Source: an uncultured bacterium (GTDB lineage Bacteria > CSSED10-310 > CAZUFC01). Taken from it: DNA of 25,192 nucleotides. Where the stretch lies: assembly GCA_964619725.1 (NCBI GenBank), contig CAZUFC010000114.1, forward strand, positions 1-25,192. Reading direction: 5' to 3'. Below are positions 1 through 7,904 of this stretch, one piece after another. Below the pieces are notes generated by a model. It ran no database searches. It was not told where the DNA came from and saw only the letters and a program-made list of their open reading frames with translations. Made by a program: the position numbers and the translations under genes. The first letter of the stretch is position 1. Each line of letters opens with the position of its first letter.

Positions 1-72
1 GCGGTGCAGGGATTTGAACCCCGGACACGCGGATTATGATTCCGCTGCTCTAACCGACTGAGCTACACCGCC
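1..72 (-). tRNA. tRNA-Met(CAT), probably elongator; 3' end cut by window edge
   Basis: Reverse complement GGCGGTGTAGCTCAGTCGGTTAGAGCAGCGGAATCATAATCCGCGTGTCCGGGGTTCAAATCCCTGCACCGC folds as a cloverleaf with CAT anticodon and a GTTCAAATC T-loop. The GGCGGTG acceptor stem is typical of elongator Met; Ile2 is not fully excluded. Confidence 0.9.
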
Positions 73-108
73 ATAGAACACTTTTAATTTCTTGAGTCTG
101 AAAAAAAA

Positions 109-180
<72 letters not shown>

Positions 181-194
181 TCATAGTCGGAAGC

Positions 195-222
195 ATTATA
201 GTCTTCTTTTACGGCATGTCAA
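195..222 (-). promoter_or_regulatory. sigma70 promoter of the tRNA operon
   Basis: Minus-strand TTGACA (217-222), 16 nt spacer, TATAAT (195-200): perfect consensus just upstream of tRNA-fMet. Confidence 0.8.
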
Positions 223-259
223 GTCTTTTTTCTTGAAATCTCATCGCAGAACCGAATTT

Positions 260-1546
<1,287 letters not shown>

Positions 1547-2058
1547 CTACCTTCCTTTCTTTTGATTACTTTTTTATTCCTTAATAATTTCCGGCCTGCT
1601 TCCCACTCTCATGCCGATTCTACTAACCCCGGCCCGCTCCCGCCGGCTTAAAACTGCTCGAAACCTAAATTACACCCGCCTTAATGCTCTATCAAGAAAA
1701 AAATTCATCTCGCACACTCCTCTCTTCAATTCCTTTAAGAATTGAAATTTTGTTTCGGGCTTTCGCTGTAGTTGATGATCCATCCCGCGCCGTAAAATGA
1801 AATTTTTACTTTTTTTAAGCTGTCTCTACTCAGAAAGGGCTGCAGAAGCTTATCGGGCATACGTCCCAAAAAGCCAATCGGAAAAATGCCCCCCGGAAAT
1901 GGGAATATGCCCGTTTGCGGACCGTAACCCCAGTTTTTTCAAAATCTTCTCCCTTATTTCCAACTTATGTTTGACACAACAGCTTCATTAATGCTAAATA
2001 CCGCAACTTGAGGTTCGAAAGAACTTCATCAACTTAAGCGCGAAAGGAGGAAAATCCA

Positions 2059-2286
2059 ATGGCGGAAGATAATAAAACCATCGGAAAAATCAAAAAAAGA
2101 GACGATGTCGAAATTTACGGGACCCTCTCGAAATACAGAAATGAATATTACGTCGATTTTCGGGAATACGTTCAGACCGAAAAATACTCCGGTCCCACCA
2201 AAAAAGGCATTCGTTTTCATATCGAAAACTGGGATTCGTTCAAAAAACTCGTCGATTCCATCGATAACGAAATAAAAGAATTGTAA
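2059..2286 (+). CDS. PC4/p15 (YdbC-like) single-stranded DNA-binding protein
   Basis: YVDFREY...GPTKKGI motif typical of the PC4 family; strong AAAGGAGG RBS; TTGACA at 1971-1976 upstream. Confidence 0.85.
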   Translation: MAEDNKTIGKIKKRDDVEIYGTLSKYRNEYYVDFREYVQTEKYSGPTKKGIRFHIENWDSFKKLVDSIDNEIKEL

Positions 2287-2462
2287 TGCCAAATCCGGCT
2301 CACTGCAATTCATTGTTTCTAAATGTTTTTATTGAATTTTCAATCCTTTGGGAACCCTCTTCGACACGGTTTTTCAAAGCCGAAATCGACGAAAATTCTA
2401 TGTTTTCAAGGCGTAATTTCAAAAAAAAATTGAAAAATATTGAAAAACTGCCGATTTTTGCC

Positions 2463-2490
2463 TTGACATTAAAATCATGGATTTTATAAT
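2463..2490 (+). promoter_or_regulatory. sigma70 promoter of hup
   Basis: TTGACA (2463-2468), 16 nt spacer, TATAAT (2485-2490). Confidence 0.8.
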
Positions 2491-2537
2491 ACCAGTCAAT
2501 CATAGGTTGTAACCTAAACTCTCAAAGGAGGCACCCA

Positions 2538-2810
2538 GTGACTAAAAAAGAACTCGTTGCAAAAATAGCTGCTGATGCCGAAATTACCAAAGTGAAGGCA
2601 GAGAAAGCATTGAATGCTACCCTGGACGGAATCAAAGGCGCATTGGTCGGAGGAGACAAAGTAAGTCTCGTAGGTTTCGGTACTTTTATGGTATCAAAGA
2701 GAAGCGCCCGCAAAGGCCGCAATCCGAAAACCGGCAAAACGATCAATATTCCCGCTTCAAAGGTTCCGAAATTCAAACCCGGCAAAGACTTGAGAGAATC
2801 AGTCAAGTAG
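2538..2810 (+). CDS. hup: DNA-binding protein HU
   Basis: MTKKELV...GFGTF...GRNPKTG...PKFKPGK; GTG start after AAAGGAGG. Confidence 0.97.
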   Translation: MTKKELVAKIAADAEITKVKAEKALNATLDGIKGALVGGDKVSLVGFGTFMVSKRSARKGRNPKTGKTINIPASKVPKFKPGKDLRESVK

Positions 2811-2833
2811 TTTCAGGGAAAAATTCAATCTGG

Positions 2834-2866
2834 AAAAGCAGTGTCGAGTTCGATACTGCTTTTTTT
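2834..2866 (+). terminator. Rho-independent terminator after hup
   Basis: AAAAGCAGTGTCGA-GT-TCGATACTGCTTTT hairpin followed by a T tract. Confidence 0.85.
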
Positions 2867-3210
2867 ATATTTGACTTCGTAATTTTACAGTCACATTAAA
2901 ATATATACGCCGTATACAATGTCGCGCTTTTTCTTTTTTCATAATGCTTTAAATCATAACAGCTTCTGATTTTCCGGCCTAATATCGTCTCTCTTATATC
3001 TCCCTTTTAAAACATCGCCTCATCCGCAATTAGCCCTTCTGAACTGATAGTTAATCCATTTCCTCGCGCTCACTATAACCGGCCATAAGCTTATTATTTT
3101 ATGTCATAGTAATCGTGCGTTTTTTCTAACTTATTGTTTTTAAAATTTTTTATTTATCAGCTTATAGTGATGCAAATATTCTGTTTACCGGAAAGTAAAG
3201 TTGATGACTA

Positions 3211-3389
3211 CCCCGGATTTCTCATACAAAATCGTAAAGAGAGCGTCCAGATTCCTGCAGATTCGAGGGTGAAGGACCGGCGGACTGCGGAAGCATAGCG
3301 GCGCTATGTTGATCACGTGCGCAGAGAGCATCGCAAGAAGGTGCGGGAATATGGAGATTCATAACAGGTTTTGAATAAGAAATCCGGGC
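3211..3389. mobile_element. Non-autonomous palindromic MITE-like repeat (ERIC/RPE-style)
   Basis: Terminal inverted repeats CCCCGGATTTCTCATACAAAATC vs revcomp GCCCGGATTTCTTATTCAAAACC (19/23); TA on both flanks (3209-3210, 3390-3391); inner IR 3246-3259/3342-3355 (12/14); central CATAGCG-G-CGCTATG palindrome at the midpoint; no ORF. Confidence 0.75.
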
Positions 3390-3511
3390 TAATCCCTTTT
3401 CAGTTTTTTCTCGGGACCGCGCATCGAGCTGATAAGGCTTATTCTGGTCAGAAAGTCGAAGCGGAAGTCGCCGCAGTCATGGCGAATTAGAAACCGTATT
3501 GCCGGCAGTCT

Positions 3512-4297
3512 CTATTTACGAGCGTTTTTTGCGGGGAACGTTTTTCTTTTAACGGCAATCGAATTCGCACCGGCGAAATCGTTTGCCAGGGGAGTAATAA
3601 TAGTGTCGTGAGGAATAGTAATTTCTTTTTTATTATTCTTCACGATCTTTTTCAGATCATCTTCCGTTAAAACTTTTCCCTGGAAATCGGGAAGGGTTTT
3701 AACTTTGAACGATCCTGACGAAGCCGGGACATTTTTTGAAAAAGCATCAGGATTTTTGATTTCGGAGGATTTGTTTACTGCAGCCAGGACCTGATCGACG
3801 ACGGCGCTGATGACGTTTTTCAGCACGGTCTGTTCTTTGGAAGAATGGTTCATGATTTTCTCTCCTTCGACAGCCATAATTTTATCCACGCGGCGCTGAT
3901 GACGGCCGCCCTCAAACAGCGATTCCAGGAATATCTTCACGATTTCCAAAGCGGCTCCCTTGCCCACAATCATGCTGCCCATGCATAACATATTGGCGTT
4001 ATTATGTTCTCTTGCATTTCTGGCGCTGAAATGATCGTTGCATACAGCCGCTCTAATCCCTCGCATTTTGTTGGCTGCCATTGCGCTGCCCACTCCCGCG
4101 CCGTCAACCATTATGCCGAATTCAGCCCGGCCTTCCAGGACGGCGCCGGCCGCTTTAACGCAAAAATCAGGATAATCGACCGACTCCGTTGAAAAAGTTC
4201 CTACATCCAGAACCTGATGCCCCTGCTTTTTCAACTCTGACTTGATCGTTTCCTTTAATTCAAATCCGCCGTGATCGCTTCCAATCGCTATGTTCAT
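3512..4297 (-). CDS. rpiB: RpiB/LacA/LacB-family sugar-phosphate isomerase with ~115 aa C-terminal extension (encapsulation-peptide-like helix plus small BMC-associated domain)
   Basis: IAIGSDHGG, SVDYPD, AANK.RGIRAA, AREHNNAN and FEGGRHQRRV motifs; DGAGVG replaces CGTGIG. Confidence 0.92.
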   Translation of the reverse strand: MNIAIGSDHGGFELKETIKSELKKQGHQVLDVGTFSTESVDYPDFCVKAAGAVLEGRAEFGIMVDGAGVGSAMAANKMRGIRAAVCNDHFSARNAREHNNANMLCMGSMIVGKGAALEIVKIFLESLFEGGRHQRRVDKIMAVEGEKIMNHSSKEQTVLKNVISAVVDQVLAAVNKSSEIKNPDAFSKNVPASSGSFKVKTLPDFQGKVLTEDDLKKIVKNNKKEITIPHDTIITPLANDFAGANSIAVKRKTFPAKNARK

Positions 4298-5241
4298 CCT
4301 TCCGCTCCCAATCTCTCGTTTGTATTATTCCAAGCGGAAATTTCCTCAATAATGCCGCCTGCCTTAACAGGGTCCAGTCCTGCCCCGCCGACGAGGAAGC
4401 CGTCAATATCCGCTTCCCTGAGGAATTCCGAAGCGTTCTCAGGCGAAACGCTGCCCCCGTATAATACCGGGATCGTCGAACCTCTGCCGGCGCGGAACCG
4501 ACGGCTCGCCAACATTCTTATATGATCATTCATCGCCGCCGCATCAAGAGGCTCGGCCGCCTGACCGGTCCCTATCGCCCATATCGGCTCATACGCTATC
4601 ATTAACGATCCTGAACGATTCGCCTTCAATAAACCGTCAAGCCCCGCATTGACAGAATCCGACACCCGCTTGCCGCTCCGCTGATTCTCCCGGTCGATCA
4701 GGGATTCCCCCACACATAATATTACTTCTAATCCGTTTTCCAGAGCCGTCTGCACCTTCTCTGCAATTAACTCGTCATCCTCCGTGAAAAATTTCCTTCT
4801 CTCGGAATGCCCGATAATAACCGTCCTTATTCCGACGGAATTCAACATCAACGCCGAAACCTCCCCCGTATACGAGCCCGATTCCTTCTCATGAACATTC
4901 TGAGCGCCTATCTCCACAGGCAGTCCCCTGAAAACCTCCTGCGCCGATTCCAAAAACGGAAATGCTGGACAAACAATCAGCCGGAAAGACAATCCATCTT
5001 CAATCACTCCACGGATACGCTCAGCAAAATCCACTAATTCCCGCTTACCATGATTCATCTTCCAATTCAAAACTAATTGAAACTCGCTTTGCCCCTTATC
5101 CTTTGATCTGAACTCAACACCCAGCCTTAACGCCGCTTCGCGCGCCTCATCCGTTACGATCTCGCCGCCCGACAGCGCTATCCGACCGTTTCCCCTGCTC
5201 GCCTCCACGATGTCCTGAGAAGTAATGAATTTTCGTCTCAT
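4294..5241 (-). CDS. tpiA: Triosephosphate isomerase with ~45 aa N-terminal accessory domain
   Basis: NWKMN, IIGHSERR, AYEPIWAIGTG, YGGSV and DGFLVGGA motifs. ATG at 5241 is preceded by GGGGAG and is preferred to TTG at 5262. The stop overlaps the rpiB start (ATGA). Confidence 0.92.
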   Translation of the reverse strand: MRRKFITSQDIVEASRGNGRIALSGGEIVTDEAREAALRLGVEFRSKDKGQSEFQLVLNWKMNHGKRELVDFAERIRGVIEDGLSFRLIVCPAFPFLESAQEVFRGLPVEIGAQNVHEKESGSYTGEVSALMLNSVGIRTVIIGHSERRKFFTEDDELIAEKVQTALENGLEVILCVGESLIDRENQRSGKRVSDSVNAGLDGLLKANRSGSLMIAYEPIWAIGTGQAAEPLDAAAMNDHIRMLASRRFRAGRGSTIPVLYGGSVSPENASEFLREADIDGFLVGGAGLDPVKAGGIIEEISAWNNTNERLGAEG

Positions 5242-5270
5242 ACGGCTCCCCGGATCAAACAATCCTCGCT

Positions 5271-5299
5271 AAGCTACAAGGATTTGACTGCCTTGTCAA
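5271..5299 (-). promoter_or_regulatory. Probable sigma70 promoter of tpiA-rpiB with overlapping TTGAC-N6-GTCAA palindrome
   Basis: Minus-strand TTGACA (5294-5299), 17 nt spacer, TAGCTT (5271-5276); palindrome at 5284-5299. Confidence 0.5.
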
Positions 5300-5583
5300 G
5301 CCTGGCGACTCGATTCATAATCGCTCATCGCCGCCTTAATTTGCATCCCCCTTCATTCAGTCGGCAGCCCTGCTTTTAACGAAATTTTGTCCATAAACCG
5401 CAGCGACTGTTCAGCATTAAATTTTGAACTGAGATTTGAGTTTGTGGACAGGCGCTGACGAAGGATAAGTTTTTATCGATTAAAGCAGCGCTGCTCATCA
5501 GACGCTCTCCCAAAAAAACGAATGCTGCCGTGGCCTGTAAATTAAAAAAGAGAGCGTTTTTCAAGGCTACTCTGAAATAATAC

Positions 5584-5613
5584 TTGACAAAACGTCAGAA
5601 GAACTCTTAAAAT
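5584..5613 (+). promoter_or_regulatory. Probable sigma70 promoter of mraZ-ftsZ-like
   Basis: TTGACA (5584-5589), 18 nt spacer, TAAAAT (5608-5613). Confidence 0.55.
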
Positions 5614-5673
5614 ATATATGATGATTTTCTTTGTTTTTCATTGAATATCATCAAATAGTAGAGTTTTTCTATT

Positions 5674-6108
5674 ATGGAAAGAATACTCGTCACAGGCGTT
5701 TATAAATCGAAAACGGACAGCCAGGGAAGAATTACGTTGCCTCGGATTTTCAGACCGCAAATACTGGAAAAATGCGAAAACACTTTGTTTTTGTCGGCTC
5801 ATTCCGAATTTCTGATCGCTCTGCCCCCGTATGAACTGGAACAGGCGCTTTCACGAATCGGATTAATGGAGTATAATGATATGGAACAGCGGTCCGAAAG
5901 ACGTCGTTTGACGGCAGCTCTTCACATGGTTGCGGTTGACGGACAGGGTCGGATAAAAATTCCTGATTCTATTCTTTGCAGACCCCTATTTGAGGAGGGA
6001 GCGGTTTTCGTCGGCACAGGCCATGATTTTGAAATTTGGGATGAAGGGGAATATGAGGAACGTCGAAGAGCGGAGAATCGGAATTCTGTCCGGAAAAAAA
6101 AGGAATAA
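5674..6108 (+). CDS. mraZ: MraZ-family transcriptional regulator (two SpoVT/AbrB repeats)
   Basis: Two D-x-x-G-R-I-x-[LI]-P repeats (TDSQGRITLP, VDGQGRIKIP) and C-terminal VGTGHDFEIW; 144 aa. Confidence 0.85.
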   Translation: MERILVTGVYKSKTDSQGRITLPRIFRPQILEKCENTLFLSAHSEFLIALPPYELEQALSRIGLMEYNDMEQRSERRRLTAALHMVAVDGQGRIKIPDSILCRPLFEEGAVFVGTGHDFEIWDEGEYEERRRAENRNSVRKKKE

Positions 6109-6125
6109 AACGTGGAGACTGAGCA

Positions 6126-7148
6126 GTGAAGCCGTGGGATAAAAAGGATAAGGAATTTTTCATTGAAAAGCAGTCGCGTGTCGGGACATTGATATTGGGT
6201 ATTGGAAAGGGCGGAGTGGAATTATTGGACCGAATGCCCGGCAATGGAGTGCAAGCGGATTTACATTTATACGGAGTGCGCACTTCGACGGAAGGAGCTG
6301 CAGAAGGAAATAGATTTCCAATAATTCAAATCGGTAAGCGGAAATTTCCATTGGGTTGCGAGGGCGATCCGTTGAAAGGCCGAAAAGCTCTCATCGAAAA
6401 TTACGAAGAAATCCGCAAACTGTTGGAACCTTATCATCTAATTTTTTTAACCGGATTTTTAGGCCGAGGCACGTGTTCTGGAGCGGCTCCGTTAATAGCG
6501 GAAATAGCGGACCGGGAACTGGGCAAATTTACAATAGGACTTTTCGTAAAGCCGGATGGTGGAGCAAGCAAAATTGAGCAGTATCAGGCGAGGGATGCGG
6601 AAAAAGAACTGAATCGACATTTAAACGTATTGATTTCTGCTGAGCGAAGTAAAGAAACGGAGGGAGTTTTCGATCTGTTGCGTGAAACGTCTGAGTCTAT
6701 CTGGCATTTTAATAAAACTTTGGCTGAACCGGGCGTGGTGAATCTCGATTTATCGGATATCGTCAACGGACTTCCTGAGAAGTGTGAGGGATGTTTATTG
6801 ACCGTATCGTCTGATGACGATGAGATTGACGCGGGCAAGATTTGCCGTCGTTTCGACGGTCATCCGTTCGGCAAAAGTTTTAGTTGGGATTCTGCCGATC
6901 ATCTTTACGTGCATGTTTCGGGCAATGCCAGAATCGGGATGCACGATACGGCAAGAATATTGAATCACCTGCGGTCAAGAATATCGAGCAAAGCGAAAAT
7001 CTTTTGGGGATTAAGCATTCGTCCTCAAGAGAAAGCGTCCTTGACGATTTCGGTATTGGCGGCGACGGAACGGCTATCCGCAAAAAGGGTGGAAAAATCA
7101 AGCCGGCCGGCTGCGGGCTCCATCAGCAGCAATAGAACTTCTTTTTAA
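6126..7148 (+). CDS. Divergent FtsZ/tubulin-family protein (FtsZ-like paralog)
   Basis: Colinear with FtsZ: LGIGKGG (GVGGGG loop), GCEGDPLKG (GAGANPEVG), GRGTCSGAAP (GGGTGTGAAP), GVVNLDLSD (T7 loop), C-domain AKIFWG...TISVLA. Confidence 0.8.
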   Translation: MKPWDKKDKEFFIEKQSRVGTLILGIGKGGVELLDRMPGNGVQADLHLYGVRTSTEGAAEGNRFPIIQIGKRKFPLGCEGDPLKGRKALIENYEEIRKLLEPYHLIFLTGFLGRGTCSGAAPLIAEIADRELGKFTIGLFVKPDGGASKIEQYQARDAEKELNRHLNVLISAERSKETEGVFDLLRETSESIWHFNKTLAEPGVVNLDLSDIVNGLPEKCEGCLLTVSSDDDEIDAGKICRRFDGHPFGKSFSWDSADHLYVHVSGNARIGMHDTARILNHLRSRISSKAKIFWGLSIRPQEKASLTISVLAATERLSAKRVEKSSRPAAGSISSNRTSF

Positions 7149-7792
7149 TTTTGCGCGAAAAAGGACGGGTTTCTTTCATACCGTATCAAGCCGAATTCAT
7201 TCGGCGGCCAATATCTTAATACGGCTTTTCCGATAATATATTTTCTGGGCACATATCCCCATTGTCTGCTGTCGTAACTTTTATTCCTGTGATCGCCCAC
7301 GCAGAAGTAATATCCCTGGGGAACGACGGTTATTTCCTTGTCGTTGTAGCTTTTAAAAGCCCTTGGAATAAAATCGTCGTTGACCTTAACTTTATTGATA
7401 TAGATTATCCCGTTTCTGATCCTTAAACTGTCGCCGGGAACGCCTATAACACGTTTAATGAAATATTTGGTCGGTTCGCGCGGAAACCAGAAGACAACGA
7501 CGTCGCCATGGTCGGGTTCCCTGGTTAAAGGGAGTTTCCACTTCAGAAGGGGTAAAGGGTCTGTCATATATATATATCTGTTGACGAATATTCTTTCTCC
7601 GTCTTGCAGAAGCGGCTGCATGCTTGTTCCTTCGACTTTGTAGGCTTTAAAAAAATAATTCGTAAAAAAGAAAACGAACAAAAGTCCGTAAAACAGACTG
7701 CGACCCCACTCCTTGGCTTCTTTTTTCAATTTAGAAGTCCTTTGACTGTTCTTTTCAGAAGTAAACTCGTCTCTCGTCTTGACTCGAGCCAT
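7145..7792 (-). CDS. lepB: Signal peptidase I
   Basis: N-terminal TM segment, GTSMQP (catalytic Ser), YFIKRVIGVPGD (Lys), GDHRNKSYDSR. Confidence 0.96.
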   Translation of the reverse strand: MARVKTRDEFTSEKNSQRTSKLKKEAKEWGRSLFYGLLFVFFFTNYFFKAYKVEGTSMQPLLQDGERIFVNRYIYMTDPLPLLKWKLPLTREPDHGDVVVFWFPREPTKYFIKRVIGVPGDSLRIRNGIIYINKVKVNDDFIPRAFKSYNDKEITVVPQGYYFCVGDHRNKSYDSRQWGYVPRKYIIGKAVLRYWPPNEFGLIRYERNPSFFAQN

Positions 7793-7904
7793 TAATCAGT
7801 TTCGCTCCTTTCCTCTTCGGTTCCGCCCGAAAAGCGCAATGAATCTAGCATGCAGTATCATCTGATGTCAACGCCAAATGTAACAATTGAAACAGTTATT
7901 AAAG

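Noticed and set aside
2286-2503. Short ORFs on both strands between PC4 and hup
   Set aside because: AT-rich promoter region, no RBS or recognisable motif; they overlap the hup promoter
2880-3200. AT-rich spacer with IHF-like words (e.g. TAACTTATTGTTT) as a possible oriC or dif site
   Set aside because: No DnaA-box cluster or XerCD dif match; the degenerate words are expected at this AT content
5242-5262. TTG start of the tpiA ORF
   Set aside because: ATG at 5241 has an SD; 5262 sits at about the predicted transcription start
5300-5670. RNase P RNA, which lies upstream of mraZ in some bacteria
   Set aside because: Conserved GAGGAAAGTCC and AGAACCCGGCTTA segments are not seen on either strand
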